Made by a program: the position numbers and the translations under genes. Below are positions 1 through 10,232 of a stretch of 64,000 nucleotides of DNA, in pieces. The stretch covers positions 16,129 through 80,128 of the forward strand of contig CAJOLD010000009.1 in the NCBI GenBank assembly GCA_905235435.1, written 5' to 3'. The stretch's first letter is position 1; each line of letters begins with the position of its first letter. This stretch comes from an uncultured Lachnospiraceae bacterium. Its GTDB lineage: Bacteria; Bacillota; Clostridia; Lachnospirales; Lachnospiraceae. A model generated the notes under the pieces. That model was not told the DNA's origin and ran no database searches. It saw nothing but the letters and a program-made list of their open reading frames with translations.

Positions 1-106
1 GCCCGAATTCTCTCTGTGCCACGCTGCGGATGCTTCCGTCTCTTCCGAAGATAATGCAGCGTGAGCTCGTAGTCCCCTGATCAAGGGCCATCACAAATCT
101 GTTCAT
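1..106 (-). CDS. glpK: glycerol kinase, N-terminal fragment (gene runs off the window start)
   Basis: Own reverse-strand translation from ATG 106..104 gives [45 protein letters not shown] is the FGGY/glycerol-kinase N-terminal motif. GAGGAGG lies 7 nt upstream. The ATG overlaps the argD stop (TAATG). The fragment is too short to appear in the ORF track. Confidence 0.75.
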   Translation of the reverse strand, partial: MNRFVMALDQGTTSSRCIIFGRDGSIRSVAQREFG

Positions 107-1311
107 TATCGCACCTCCTCAATCACCTTTCCGAGGATCCGGCACATCGTATCGATATCATCCTTCGTGATGACAAGCGGCGGCACCAGGCGGATCACAT
201 TGCCGCCGGCAGTAAGAACGACCAGTCCTTCTTCAAGAGCCGCCGAAGCGATCTTTCCGGCGGGGACGTCCTCCCTGACGACAAGGCCCTGCATGAAGCC
301 TCTGCCGCGGCGCCCGGTGAGCAGATCCTCCTTCTCACACAGAGCGTCCAGTTTTTCCTCCAGGTACGGTGTAAGCTCTCTCACATGTCCGATAATGTCT
401 TCTTCTTCAAATATCTGAAAGACCGCGGATACGGCCGCGCAGGCAAAGGGATTTCCCCCGTAGGTGCTGCCGTGGTCTCCGGGCTCTATGGAATTTTCCC
501 CCGCTTTTTCGCCCAGCACGAAGGCGCCGACAGGCACGCCGCATCCCAGTGCTTTCGCGCAGGTCATGATATCGGGCTTTACGCCGTATCCCTGCCAGGC
601 GAACCAGTCGCCGGTGCGGCCCATGCCGCACTGGATCTCATCCAGGATCAGCAGGATGTCCTTCTCATCGCAGAGTCTGCGCACGCCGCTCAGGAATTCC
701 GGATCCGCGGGATAGATCCCGCCCTCGCCCTGCACGGTCTCGAGGATGATCGCGCAGGTATTGTCCGTCACCTGCGCCTCGACGCTCGCAAGGTCATTGA
801 ACTTCGCGAAACGCACGCCGCCCATCAGCGGCTCAAAGGGTTCCCTGTAGTGCGCGTTTCCGGTCACGGAGACAGCGCCGACCGTACGGCCGTGGAAGGA
901 ATGTTCCATCGCGATGATCTCATGTCCGCTGCGGCCGTCCCGGCGGTAAGCGTACTTCTTTGCCGCCTTGATGGCGCCCTCGATCGCCTCCGCGCCGCTG
1001 TTCGTAAAGAACACACGGGAAAGCCCGCTCTTTTCGGTGATCGCGGCGGCCGCCTCCGCAAGAGGCTTTGTATAATACAGATTCGAGATGTGGAGCAGCT
1101 TTCCTGCCTGCTCCTTCAGCGCCTGCGTATACGCGGGGTGCGCATAGCCGAGGGCGTTTACCGCGATGCCAGCGCCGAAATCCAGATAGGTCCTGCCGTC
1201 AGCGTCCCTGAGCGTAACGCCCTCCCCGCTCTCAAAGACAACGGGAAAGCGGTTATATGCGTGCAGAAGATTCTCTTCCGCGTCCGCCATGATCTTTTCA
1301 CTGATTGACAT
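106..1311 (-). CDS. argD: acetylornithine aminotransferase (class-III PLP aminotransferase)
   Basis: ORF 106..1374 trimmed to ATG 1311 (MSISEKIM...), which has GGAGG 9 nt upstream. Motifs [17 protein letters not shown] and [13 protein letters not shown] are present. It is the last gene of an argC-J-B-D string. Confidence 0.9.
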   Translation of the reverse strand: MSISEKIMADAEENLLHAYNRFPVVFESGEGVTLRDADGRTYLDFGAGIAVNALGYAHPAYTQALKEQAGKLLHISNLYYTKPLAEAAAAITEKSGLSRVFFTNSGAEAIEGAIKAAKKYAYRRDGRSGHEIIAMEHSFHGRTVGAVSVTGNAHYREPFEPLMGGVRFAKFNDLASVEAQVTDNTCAIILETVQGEGGIYPADPEFLSGVRRLCDEKDILLILDEIQCGMGRTGDWFAWQGYGVKPDIMTCAKALGCGVPVGAFVLGEKAGENSIEPGDHGSTYGGNPFACAAVSAVFQIFEEEDIIGHVRELTPYLEEKLDALCEKEDLLTGRRGRGFMQGLVVREDVPAGKIASAALEEGLVVLTAGGNVIRLVPPLVITKDDIDTMCRILGKVIEEVR

Positions 1312-2200
1312 AGTATTTTTCCTCCCCCTCGCCGATGATCGCGGTGCCGATACCTTTATCCGTAAAGAATTCAAGGAGCAGTGAATGTTCGAGACGCCCG
1401 TCCAGGATATGGACTCTGGAGACGCCCGCCTCGATCGCGTCGATGCAGTTCGTCAGCTTCGGCAGCATGCCGCCGCCGATCATGCCGGAGGCGAGCAGCT
1501 CCTTCGCTTCCCCGGTGGTCATCTCACTGATGAGCGTGGAGGGGTCACTCAGGTCACGGCACACGCCGGCAATGTCCGTCAGGAAGACGAGCTTTGCGGC
1601 CTTCATGGCTGTCGCGATCGCACAGGCCGCATCGTCCGCGTTGATATTGTACGAATGATAGGCGTCGTCGGAGCCGATCGGACAGATGACCGGGATGTAG
1701 TCGTTGTCCAGAAGGGTGTTCAGAAGATCCGGATTCACCTCCGTCACCTCGCCGACATAGCCGATATCCTTTCCGTCCGCGTATTTCTTCTGCACCCGCA
1801 GCACGGTCCCGTCCTTGCCGCTGATGCCGACAGCGTTCACGCCGACCTTCTCCATCATGGAGACCAGGCCCTTGTTGACGCGGTTTAAAACCATCTCGGC
1901 GACCTGCATGGTCTGCTTGTCCGTGACGCGCAGTCCGTTCACAAATTCCGTCTCAAGACCCACACGGCCGACCCACGAGGAGATCTCCTTGCCGCCGCCG
2001 TGCACGATGATCGGCCGAAAGCCGACGAGCTTGAGCAGGGCGACGTCGCGGATGACGCTCTTTTTGAGCTCATGGTCCGCCATCGCGCTCCCGCCGTACT
2101 TGACCACGATCGTCGCTCCCTGAAAGCGCTGTATATAGGGAAGGGCCTCAATGAGTACGCCGGCCTTCTCCAGATAAAGTTCCATCTCTTTTTTGTCCAT
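1298..2200 (-). CDS. argB: N-acetylglutamate kinase
   Basis: 300-aa ORF with an amino-acid-kinase fold ([17 protein letters not shown]). GGAGGG lies upstream of ATG 2200. It sits between argJ and argD. Confidence 0.9.
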   Translation of the reverse strand: MDKKEMELYLEKAGVLIEALPYIQRFQGATIVVKYGGSAMADHELKKSVIRDVALLKLVGFRPIIVHGGGKEISSWVGRVGLETEFVNGLRVTDKQTMQVAEMVLNRVNKGLVSMMEKVGVNAVGISGKDGTVLRVQKKYADGKDIGYVGEVTEVNPDLLNTLLDNDYIPVICPIGSDDAYHSYNINADDAACAIATAMKAAKLVFLTDIAGVCRDLSDPSTLISEMTTGEAKELLASGMIGGGMLPKLTNCIDAIEAGVSRVHILDGRLEHSLLLEFFTDKGIGTAIIGEGEEKYYVNQ

Positions 2201-2226
2201 GTTCCCTCCGGTATCGTTCTTTGTCT

Positions 2227-3453
2227 TCAGGACCTGTAGTCCGCGTTGATCCTTATATATTCATAAGTGAGGTCGCAGCCCCAGGCCGCGGCGCTCTCCT
2301 TTCCTTCCCCGAGATCGGCGGTGGCGGTCACTTCCTTTTCGGAGAGGATCTTTGTGGCCTCCTCCTCGCTGTAACTGACGGCCCTCCCGCCTTTCGCGAT
2401 CTGCACCCTGCCGGCGGCGCTCTCGAACCACAGGCTCACCTTTTCAGGATCGAATTCCGCTCCGGAATAGCCCATCGCGCAGAGGATCCTTCCCCAGTTG
2501 GCGTCATGTCCCGCGATCGCGGTCTTTACCAGGCTGGAAGAAACGACGGACCGGGCGATGGTCTTTGCCTGCGCCTTCGCAGAGGCGCCGGTCACCTTCA
2601 TCTCAAACAGGGCCTCGGCCCCCTCGCCGTCGCCGGCCATCTTTTTCGCGAGATATGTGTTGACTGCGCGCAGCGCTTCGCAGAAGGCGTCAAAGTCTTC
2701 CCCTTCGGCCGTGATGACCGGATTTCCAGCCAGGCCGTTCGCGAGCAGGACGCAGGTATCGTTGGTGGACGTATCCCCGTCCACGGAGATCATATTGTAG
2801 GTCTCTTCGACGTCGGCGGACAGAGCCTTCTGCAGCATCTCCTTCGAGATCGCCGCATCCGTCGTGATAAAGCAGAGCATCGTACACATATTGGGATGGA
2901 TCATCCCGGAGCCCTTGGTCATGGCTCCGATCGTGACCTCCTTCCCGCCGATCACGGTCTTTGCCGCGATCTCCTTGCGCACGGTGTCGGTCGTCATGAT
3001 CGCCTTTGCGGCGGCAGTCCCCGCCTCCGGCGTATCCTTCAGAGCAGGGGCAAGTGCCCTGATCCCGGCGGTGATCTTATCCACGGGGATCTGCATGCCG
3101 ATCACGCCCGTGGAGGCCGTGAGCACTTCCTCCGGGGAGATGCCGAGCGCTTCCGAGGCCGCCTCCGCGGTCTTTTCGCAGATCTCCATCCCCTCCGCGC
3201 CGGTGCACGCGTTCGCGATGCCGCTGTTGACGACGACCGCGCGCACGGGGCCGTTTCCTTCGCGGATGATCCTTCTGTCCCAGAGGACCGGCGCCGCTTT
3301 TACGACGTTGCTCGTAAAGGTACCCGCGCTTTCGCAGGGCTCTTTGGAAACGAGAAGCGCAAGATCGTCTCTTCCTTCGTATTTAATGCCGGCCGCGCCT
3401 GCGGCGGCCAGAAATCCTTTCGGGGCCGTCACGCCCCCCTCGATCAGGTTCAT
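2227..3453 (-). CDS. argJ: bifunctional ornithine acetyltransferase / N-acetylglutamate synthase
   Basis: ORF 2227..3477 trimmed to ATG 3453 ([14 protein letters not shown]), which has AAAGGAAAG upstream. The ArgJ self-processing region [18 protein letters not shown] is present. Confidence 0.9.
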   Translation of the reverse strand: MNLIEGGVTAPKGFLAAAGAAGIKYEGRDDLALLVSKEPCESAGTFTSNVVKAAPVLWDRRIIREGNGPVRAVVVNSGIANACTGAEGMEICEKTAEAASEALGISPEEVLTASTGVIGMQIPVDKITAGIRALAPALKDTPEAGTAAAKAIMTTDTVRKEIAAKTVIGGKEVTIGAMTKGSGMIHPNMCTMLCFITTDAAISKEMLQKALSADVEETYNMISVDGDTSTNDTCVLLANGLAGNPVITAEGEDFDAFCEALRAVNTYLAKKMAGDGEGAEALFEMKVTGASAKAQAKTIARSVVSSSLVKTAIAGHDANWGRILCAMGYSGAEFDPEKVSLWFESAAGRVQIAKGGRAVSYSEEEATKILSEKEVTATADLGEGKESAAAWGCDLTYEYIRINADYRS

Positions 3454-3477
3454 GATCCGCTTTCCTTTCTGTCTCAC

Positions 3478-4518
3478 TTACGGGAACAGGGGCACCAGCT
3501 TCAGGCCCTCGTTCTCCTCAAGACCGAACATCAGATTCATATTCTGCACGGCCTGTCCGGCCGCGCCTTTTACCAGATTGTCGATCGCGCCGATCGCAAC
3601 GATCCGGTTCGTCCTTGCATCGATCTTGAAGCCGATGTCGACGAAATTGCTCCCTTCGGTCCATCTCGTCTCCGGAAGGCTTCCCTCCGGCAGGAGGCGG
3701 ATAAAGTACTCATCCGCGAAGCACGCTTCGTAGGCAGCGCGGACCGCTTCGGCGTCTGCGCCGTTATTCAGTTTCGCGTAGCAGGTCGCGAGGATCCCGC
3801 GGTTCATCGGGACAAGATGCGGCGTAAACGTCAGGGCAAGGGACCTGCCGGCCGCATAGCCCAGCTGTTCCTCGATCTCCGGCGTATGTCTGTGTCCGGC
3901 CACGCTGTATGCCTTGATGCTCTCGTTGACCTCGCAGAAAAGGTTGGGCAACTTCGCGCCTCTCCCGGCGCCGGAAGTCCCGGACTTCGCGTCAATAATA
4001 ATGGAATCCGGATCGATGAGCCCGGCCTTTACCAGCGGATAGAGGGTCAGGATGGAGCAGGTCGTATAGCAGCCCGGATTGGCCACCAGGCGCGCGCCGC
4101 GGATGTCTTCGCGGTTGATCTCGCACAGTCCGTAGACAGCCTCCCCAAGAAACTGCGGCGCCTTGTGCTCTATTCCGTACCATTTTTCATAGATATTCAC
4201 ATCCTTCAGGCGGAAGTCCGCCGAAAGGTCGATGACCTTCGTCTTTGATAAGATGTCCACATTCACCAGGGACGCGCAGAGCCCCTGCGGCGTCGCGGTA
4301 AAGATCACGTCCGCCTCACTGCTCAGCTGGTCCATATCCTCCGCCATACATTTTTCATCCACAAGGCGGAACATATTCCTGTAGACATCGGCATACTTTT
4401 CGTCAATATAGCTGCGCGATCCGTACCAGACGATCTGCGCCTGCGGATGCTGCAGCAGGATCCTTACGAGCTCCTGGCCCGCATAGCCTGTCGAACCGAT
4501 GATTCCAACACGTATCAT
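3478..4518 (-). CDS. argC: N-acetyl-gamma-glutamyl-phosphate reductase
   Basis: ORF 3478..4533. The likely start is ATG 4518 (MIRVGIIGSTGYAG), with GGAGAAG 7 nt upstream. The catalytic Cys context VANPGCYTT is present. Confidence 0.9.
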   Translation of the reverse strand: MIRVGIIGSTGYAGQELVRILLQHPQAQIVWYGSRSYIDEKYADVYRNMFRLVDEKCMAEDMDQLSSEADVIFTATPQGLCASLVNVDILSKTKVIDLSADFRLKDVNIYEKWYGIEHKAPQFLGEAVYGLCEINREDIRGARLVANPGCYTTCSILTLYPLVKAGLIDPDSIIIDAKSGTSGAGRGAKLPNLFCEVNESIKAYSVAGHRHTPEIEEQLGYAAGRSLALTFTPHLVPMNRGILATCYAKLNNGADAEAVRAAYEACFADEYFIRLLPEGSLPETRWTEGSNFVDIGFKIDARTNRIVAIGAIDNLVKGAAGQAVQNMNLMFGLEENEGLKLVPLFP

Positions 4519-4589
4519 ATGCATCTTCTCCATTCTTATAGTCTGTCAACATCATACCCCGATTCAAAAATGTTGTAAAGGAGAAATTT

Positions 4590-4607
4590 GCGCATAATTA
4601 TGCATTA
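4590..4607. promoter_or_regulatory. candidate ArgR operator (ARG-box-like palindrome) 1
   Basis: Perfect 12-bp palindrome GCATAATTATGC at 4592..4603, in the divergent argC/argG intergenic region. It is an AT-core palindrome of the ARG-box type. Confidence 0.45.
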
Positions 4608-4660
4608 TCTCTGTATATTGTGTATACCGCATTGAATTTTTCTTGTTTTTTCAATTTGGT

Positions 4661-4677
4661 ATTGCATATTTATGACA
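4661..4677. promoter_or_regulatory. candidate ArgR operator (ARG-box-like) 2, overlapping the argG -35
   Basis: TGCATATTTATGA (4663..4675) matches 11 of 13 positions of the box-1 half TGCATAATTATGC. It overlaps the -35 hexamer of the argG promoter. Confidence 0.4.
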
Positions 4678-4690
4678 GCTGTTGTATAGT
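4662..4690 (+). promoter_or_regulatory. argG promoter
   Basis: TTGCAT (4662..4667), 17-nt spacer, TATAGT (4685..4690), about 70 nt upstream of the argG ATG. Confidence 0.55.
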
Positions 4691-4758
4691 AATGCCTGTG
4701 CGGCACCCGGATGCCGCTTCTTATTAAAACACAGTACGCCATTGACGGGAGGTTGTTT

Positions 4759-5988
4759 ATGAAGGAAAAGGTTGTTCTTGCTTATTCCGGCGGACTTGAC
4801 ACCACTGCCATGATCCCCTGGCTCAAAGAAAATTTTGATTTTGACGTGATCTGCTGCTGCGTTGACTGCGGTCAGGGCAACGAGCTGGAAGGGCTTGACG
4901 AGCGCGCGAAGAGATCCGGCGCTTCCAAGCTTTATATTGAATCGGTCGTCGATGAGTTCTGTGACGACTTCATCATGCCCTGCGTAAAGGCAGGCGCTGT
5001 CTATGAGCACAAATACCTGCTCGGCACTTCCATGGCCCGTCCGGTCATCGCGAAAAAGCTGGTCGAGATCGCCCGCAAGGAAGGCGCGACGACCATCTGC
5101 CACGGCGCGACCGGCAAGGGAAATGACCAGATCCGCTTTGAGCTTGCCATCAAGGCCCTGGCTCCCGACCTGAAAGTCATCGCCCCCTGGCGTATGACGG
5201 ATGTATGGACCATGCAGTCCCGCGACGATGAATATGAATACGTCCGCGCGCACGGGATCGATCTTCCCTTTGACCAGAGCCACAGCTACAGCCGTGACCG
5301 CAACCTCTGGCACATCAGCCATGAGGGCCTTGAGCTGGAGGATCCCTCCAAGGCGCCCATCTATGACCGCATGCTCGTGCTGAGCGTTCCGCCCGAAAAG
5401 GCACCGGATCAGCCCGAGGAGATCAGCCTCACCTTTGAGAAGGGCGTGCCTGTCGCTTTAAACGGCAAGGCCATGAAGGTCTCTGAGATCATCACCGAGC
5501 TCAATACGATCGGCGGCCGCCACGGCATCGGCATTGTTGATATCGTCGAGAACCGCGTTGTCGGCATGAAGAGCCGCGGCGTCTACGAGACCCCCGGCGG
5601 CACCATCCTCACCGCGGCGCACGAGCAGCTTGAGGAGCTCACGCTTGACCGCGAGACGATGGAGGCAAAGAAGAAGCTCGGAAGCCAGATGGCCCAGGTC
5701 GTCTACGAAGGCAAATGGTTCACGCCGCTTCGCGAAGCGATCAGCGCGTTCGTGGATTCCACGCAGCAGACCGTGACCGGCGAGGTCCGGATGCGCCTCT
5801 ACAAGGGGAATATCATCAAGGCCGGAACGACCTCTCCCTTCAGCCTCTACAATGAATCGCTCGCGTCGTTTACGACCGGCGATCTCTACGATCATCACGA
5901 CGCCTCCGGCTTTATCACCCTCTTCGGGCTTCCGCTGGCAGTCCGCGCGATGATGCTGCAGACGCTGGATAAGAACGAGCAGAAATAA
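4759..5988 (+). CDS. argG: argininosuccinate synthase
   Basis: ORF 4711..5988 trimmed to ATG 4759 (MKEKVVLAYSGGLDTT, the ATP-pyrophosphatase SGGLDT motif). GGGAGG lies 7 nt upstream. Confidence 0.93.
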   Translation: MKEKVVLAYSGGLDTTAMIPWLKENFDFDVICCCVDCGQGNELEGLDERAKRSGASKLYIESVVDEFCDDFIMPCVKAGAVYEHKYLLGTSMARPVIAKKLVEIARKEGATTICHGATGKGNDQIRFELAIKALAPDLKVIAPWRMTDVWTMQSRDDEYEYVRAHGIDLPFDQSHSYSRDRNLWHISHEGLELEDPSKAPIYDRMLVLSVPPEKAPDQPEEISLTFEKGVPVALNGKAMKVSEIITELNTIGGRHGIGIVDIVENRVVGMKSRGVYETPGGTILTAAHEQLEELTLDRETMEAKKKLGSQMAQVVYEGKWFTPLREAISAFVDSTQQTVTGEVRMRLYKGNIIKAGTTSPFSLYNESLASFTTGDLYDHHDASGFITLFGLPLAVRAMMLQTLDKNEQK

Positions 5989-6012
5989 ATTTCCAAAGCT
6001 TTCAAAATAAAG

Positions 6013-6047
6013 ACCGCCATGCCGGGACCGGCATGGCGGTTTTTTTA
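6013..6047. terminator. bidirectional rho-independent terminator between argG and the nucleoside hydrolase gene
   Basis: Stem ACCGCCATGCCGG / CCGGCATGGCGGT followed by TTTTTTT, with an A-rich tract on the other side. Confidence 0.8.
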
Positions 6048-6067
6048 TTGCTTCCTTCGCAGGCGGC

Positions 6068-8047
6068 TCAGATGGCATGCATCAGCTCCGCGAACCTTGC
6101 CGCATAGGTTTTGCGGTCTGCCTCCTGTACGACAAAGGTATTCTTCTGGCCGAACTTCACGTCCGTATCTCTGTCCGTAACGGTCATCCCGTTGCAGAAA
6201 GAGCTCCTCGTCTCCACAACCACGCCGCAGGCCTCTCCGGAAAACAAATCAGGCTGCGCGGCCAGCAGCACGGGCGTCACATCATGAAAGACCGTCTTCC
6301 CGCCGTAAAACGGAAGGTATGTCCCCTCCGGCCGGTCAACGATGGTCCGAAGGAGCGTGCTTCCTCTGCTCTCTCCCGCCATTGCCGCCGAAAGCTCGTC
6401 ATCGCTAAGCCAGAGCTTTTCCGTGACATCCAGCCCGCACATGACGATGGGCACGCCGGATTTAAAGACCGCCTGCGCGGCATCCGGGTCTGCCCAGATA
6501 TTGAATTCGGCGGCAGGCGTCCGGTTTCCTCCGATATCCGCCCCGCCCATGATCACGATGCGCGCGAGCAGCCCCGGAAGATCCGCGAACATGCGGAAGG
6601 CAAGCGCCGCGTTGGTCTGCGGCCCGAGGAGGATGAGCGTGAGCTTTCCGGGCTGGGCTTTGGCTGCCTCATAGAGCGCCCTGTATGCTTTCATCCCTTC
6701 CCGGGGCGCTTTTGACTCCGGAAGATCCGCCCCGTTTAGTCCGTTAGCTCCATGCACATATCCGGCGGGATGCCAGTCCGCCAGCATGGGCGCCGCGCTC
6801 CCGGCATAGACGGGGATATCCTCCCTTCCGAGGAAGGAAAGGACATTTCTCTCGTTGCGCAGACAGTCTTCCATGTGCGCGTTCCCGAAGACGGCGGAGA
6901 TGCCCTCGATCTTAAGAAGTCCCTCCTTTTCGAGGGCCGCCGCGGCGATCAGTGCCGCTGCGTCGTCGACGCCGGTATCTGTGTCGATCCAGACCGGTCC
7001 TCCGGTGCCCGCAAGGAACGGCTCCGGGATGGGGCCCGGCCCCAAAGCGTTCGCGCTGTAGTCTCTCTTTTCCGGAGAGGCCTCCGGGGACGGGCTGCCG
7101 GTGATCTCCACGGTCCTGCCGTCGAAGGCGCGCAGCGCCTCGATCAGCAGGTCGATATAACGTTCGCGGTCGATCGAGGTCATCACGAGGGTGTTCGGCT
7201 CATGGCCGGAATTTCCCTTAAAGTCCGCGACCGTCGCGCCTCTTGCGTATTCGCCGCCGGTCTCGATATCCACATAGTAGGGAGCACTCTCGAAGATCTC
7301 CGGATTCGTGAGCGCAAGGACGGCGCAGGGATCGTGGACCGGCGCGCCCTCATAGCCGATCGCCATCGGATACTTATAAAAGAATCCCAGCCAGTCCGCG
7401 ACGATCTGCGCGACCTGGTTTCCGACCGCGCGGATGCGCGGGAAATCCTCAGGCCTGATCAGCGCCTTCTCCGTCACGTCCAGTCCGCACATACGGATGG
7501 GAATGCCGCTTGCGAAAACGATCTTTGCCGCTTCCGGATCCTCGAAGATATTAAACTCGGCGGCCGGGTGCCAGTTTCCGTGGGTCACGCCGCCGCCCAT
7601 CAGGCTGATCATCCGGACCTTGTCCTTCACCTCCGGATGCGTCATAAGAAGCATCGCGACGTTCGTGAGCGGACCGGTGGGAATGATCACGACCGGCTCA
7701 CTGCTTTCGGCAATGACCTGTGCCATCAGCTCCTGCGCGGAAAGCGGTGAGATCTCCTGATCCGGCAGCGGCATTGCCGGTCCGTCCAGCCCGCTCTCCC
7801 CGTGCCAGTTCCCTGCTGTCACCGGATCCGCGGTGAGCGGACGGACAGCGCCCCTCGCAAAGGGGGCGTCAATTCCCAGCAGGGCACAGATGCGCCGCGC
7901 GTTCCAAGTCGTGTTTTCGATCGTCTGGTTGCCCGCGACAGAGGTAACGGCAAGGACCTTAAGCAGTGGGCTTGCTTTTGCGAAGACCCATGCGATCGCG
8001 TCGTCATGCCCCGGGTCGCCGTCCAGTATGACCGGTATCCTGTTCAT
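6068..8047 (-). CDS. fused two-domain inosine/uridine-preferring nucleoside hydrolase
   Basis: 659-aa ORF containing two full IU-nucleoside-hydrolase domains. Each opens with the DxDxxxDD motif (DGDPGHDD at aa 9-16, DTDTGVDD at aa 354-361). A Pro/Ser/Gly-rich linker (aa ~311-350, nt ~6998..7117) joins them. Confidence 0.8.
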   Translation of the reverse strand: MNRIPVILDGDPGHDDAIAWVFAKASPLLKVLAVTSVAGNQTIENTTWNARRICALLGIDAPFARGAVRPLTADPVTAGNWHGESGLDGPAMPLPDQEISPLSAQELMAQVIAESSEPVVIIPTGPLTNVAMLLMTHPEVKDKVRMISLMGGGVTHGNWHPAAEFNIFEDPEAAKIVFASGIPIRMCGLDVTEKALIRPEDFPRIRAVGNQVAQIVADWLGFFYKYPMAIGYEGAPVHDPCAVLALTNPEIFESAPYYVDIETGGEYARGATVADFKGNSGHEPNTLVMTSIDRERYIDLLIEALRAFDGRTVEITGSPSPEASPEKRDYSANALGPGPIPEPFLAGTGGPVWIDTDTGVDDAAALIAAAALEKEGLLKIEGISAVFGNAHMEDCLRNERNVLSFLGREDIPVYAGSAAPMLADWHPAGYVHGANGLNGADLPESKAPREGMKAYRALYEAAKAQPGKLTLILLGPQTNAALAFRMFADLPGLLARIVIMGGADIGGNRTPAAEFNIWADPDAAQAVFKSGVPIVMCGLDVTEKLWLSDDELSAAMAGESRGSTLLRTIVDRPEGTYLPFYGGKTVFHDVTPVLLAAQPDLFSGEACGVVVETRSSFCNGMTVTDRDTDVKFGQKNTFVVQEADRKTYAARFAELMHAI

Positions 8048-8079
8048 ATGCGCATCTCTCCTTCTTTGGCGGTTTCAAA

Positions 8080-8114
8080 AGCCCGCAGCCGCGTGTTGCG
8101 GCCGCGGGCTTTTC
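8080..8114 (-). terminator. GC-rich hairpin (partial terminator/attenuator) between the ABC permease and the hydrolase gene
   Basis: Stem AGCCCGCAGCCGC / GCGGCCGCGGGCT. On the minus strand it is followed by TTTTGAAA, which is only a short U-run. Confidence 0.4.
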
Positions 8115-8136
8115 TCCTGCTTTTACCGTGCCATTA

Positions 8137-9066
8137 CTACTTCTGCAGTGCAGCGGAGGAATGGCGCTGTTTTTCTTTTCTCTTTTCGTTCAGTGCAAAG
8201 ATGACCAGCGCGATGATCGTTACAATGTAGGGAATCGGCGCCACAAGGTTGGAGTCGACGCCCGTCGCGGAGATCTTGATGCCCAGCGCGGACGCAAATC
8301 CGAAGATCAGCGCCGCAAGCATGGAGCCGACCGGTTCGCCGCCGCCCATCGACTGGGCTGCCAGGGCGATAAAGCCGCGGCCGGCGACCATATCCTGCGA
8401 CCATCCCATTGCGTAATACATGGACATGAATGCGCCGCCCATGCCGGCCAGGATGCCGCCGATGCCGATCGTGATGTACTGGATCTTCAGTACGCTGACA
8501 CCGACAGAGGATGCCGCGTTCGGGTTCTCGCCCACCGACCGGATATTCAGTCCGAGCGGGGTCTTGTACAGGAGGACGATCGTCAGCCATACAAGCAGGA
8601 ACGCAATGTAGGTGAGGACCGAATGTCCCGAGATGATCTTTCCGATGTACGGAATATCCCTGATCAGCGGAATGCTGATGCTCGGGATCTGGAGCGACTT
8701 TGTGATCAGGGCCGTGGTGGAGGCCTGTCCCGTAATGACCTTTACGAGGAACAGGCAGCCGCCGGAGCCGATCATGTTGATCGCCGTACCGGTAAGGATG
8801 ATGTTCGTCTTCAGGTTGAAAGCGAAGAAGCCCATGACCAGTGATTCCAGAAGGCCCACGGCCATCGCGAGCAGCAGCCCGATCAGCCAGCTCTTTGTCC
8901 AGTAGGCACCGAGCGAGCCGAACAGCGCCGACATCATCATGATCCCTTCAAGACCGATGTTGGAGACACCGCCCTTCTCGCCGATCACGGCAGCGAGGGT
9001 GGCGAACAGGATCGGGGTGGCGATACGGATGATCGAGAAGAAGAAATCAGCTGTAAAGATATTCAT
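8137..9066 (-). CDS. ABC transporter permease, nucleoside/BMP-type (NupQ/RnsD-like)
   Basis: 309-aa polytopic membrane ORF. It is the last transporter gene after the BMP-binding protein, ATPase and first permease. Its start overlaps the preceding permease stop. Confidence 0.8.
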   Translation of the reverse strand: MNIFTADFFFSIIRIATPILFATLAAVIGEKGGVSNIGLEGIMMMSALFGSLGAYWTKSWLIGLLLAMAVGLLESLVMGFFAFNLKTNIILTGTAINMIGSGGCLFLVKVITGQASTTALITKSLQIPSISIPLIRDIPYIGKIISGHSVLTYIAFLLVWLTIVLLYKTPLGLNIRSVGENPNAASSVGVSVLKIQYITIGIGGILAGMGGAFMSMYYAMGWSQDMVAGRGFIALAAQSMGGGEPVGSMLAALIFGFASALGIKISATGVDSNLVAPIPYIVTIIALVIFALNEKRKEKQRHSSAALQK

Positions 9067-10232
9067 TATTTCTCACCGCTCCTTTCTGCCGCCTCTTTCT
9101 GGGCCAGCTCCTCCTGTGCGCTCTTAACGACCAGCTTCTGGCGGTAACCGGCCAGGAACTGATGCGCCGCGAAGAACAGGAAGATGACAGCCTGGATAAT
9201 GCTGATCAGCTGGGACGGAACGTTCGCGTTCGTGGACATCAGCGTACAGCCCTTCGTCAGGTATGCCATGAAGAAGGCTGCAAGCGGGACGTAGATCGGA
9301 TTGTTGCCCGCGAGGATGGCGACCGTGATTCCTGTCCAGCCGTACTGCGGCTGCTGGATCCAGTTATAGACACTGTAGCGTCCGAGCATCTCAATGCCGC
9401 CGCCCATGCCGGCGAGGATACCGCCGAGGACCTGGCAGAGGATGATGATCATTGCGACGTTCATGCCCGAATACATGACGAAGGGCTGATTAATGCCCGT
9501 CATGCGGATGCCGTAGCCCCATCTGGTCCTGTACATAAAGAACCAGCAGAGGATGACCATGATGATGGCGATCACAAAGCCCCAGGAAAGACGGGACCCG
9601 TTGCTGACCAGCTGCGGCATGATGGCATTTGCCTGGAACGGCTGCGTCTGCGTGACGCCCTTGCTCGTATCGGCAAGGTAGGTGTTCATCAGATAGTTGA
9701 TCATGTACATGATCACGTAGTTGAGCATCAGGGAGTTGACCATCTCGGAGACGCCCAGCTTGGCTTTCAGCACGGCAGGGATCAGCATCATCAGGCCCGT
9801 TGCGAGCGCGCCCATCACGATGGCGACCACGATGAGCATCGGGCCCGGGATATGCCAGTACACCGCCACAAGAGCGGTCACAAAAGCACCGAGCATGATG
9901 CCGCCCTCAGCGCCCAGGTTGAACTGGTTCGCGGAGAACATGATACAGGTCGCAAGACCCGTGAACATGATCGGGATCATCTGCGCCAGGACGTCCGTGA
10001 AGCTCTTTACGCTGAACGTGCCGTTCTTGCGGAACAGCGGGCTGACCAGCATTTCACGGAGAGCCTTCAGGGAGGCGGACATCTTCTCGGAGAAGTTCGC
10101 GCCTTCCGCGCTGACAAAAATCAGTATGAAAGCGACCGCAAGGGCGATGGCCAGTGCCGCCAGAGCCCTGATGACCGAAAACTTTATACTGTTTTTTCGG
10201 CTCATGCCGCTGACATCATTCTTTTTATTCAT
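9066..10232 (-). CDS. ABC transporter permease, nucleoside/BMP-type (NupP/RnsC-like)
   Basis: ORF 9066..10277 trimmed to ATG 10232 (MNKKNDV), which has AGGAGG upstream. The start overlaps the ATPase stop (CATGAATAA). Multiple TM segments. Confidence 0.8.
   Translation of the reverse strand: MNKKNDVSGMSRKNSIKFSVIRALAALAIALAVAFILIFVSAEGANFSEKMSASLKALREMLVSPLFRKNGTFSVKSFTDVLAQMIPIMFTGLATCIMFSANQFNLGAEGGIMLGAFVTALVAVYWHIPGPMLIVVAIVMGALATGLMMLIPAVLKAKLGVSEMVNSLMLNYVIMYMINYLMNTYLADTSKGVTQTQPFQANAIMPQLVSNGSRLSWGFVIAIIMVILCWFFMYRTRWGYGIRMTGINQPFVMYSGMNVAMIIILCQVLGGILAGMGGGIEMLGRYSVYNWIQQPQYGWTGITVAILAGNNPIYVPLAAFFMAYLTKGCTLMSTNANVPSQLISIIQAVIFLFFAAHQFLAGYRQKLVVKSAQEELAQKEAAERSGEK

Noticed and set aside
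2221-4248. Very long ORFs antisense to real genes. Examples: 2221..4248 (+) at 675 aa, 34880..36727 (+) at 615 aa, 14321..15802 (-) at 493 aa, 18214..19644 (+) at 476 aa, 58900..60249 (+), 41716..43011 (+) and 60662..61684 (+).
   Set aside because: All lie opposite genes with unambiguous family motifs. They are Arg/Gly/Asp/His/Pro-rich with no recognisable motifs or RBS. They are typical stop-poor shadow frames of high-GC DNA.
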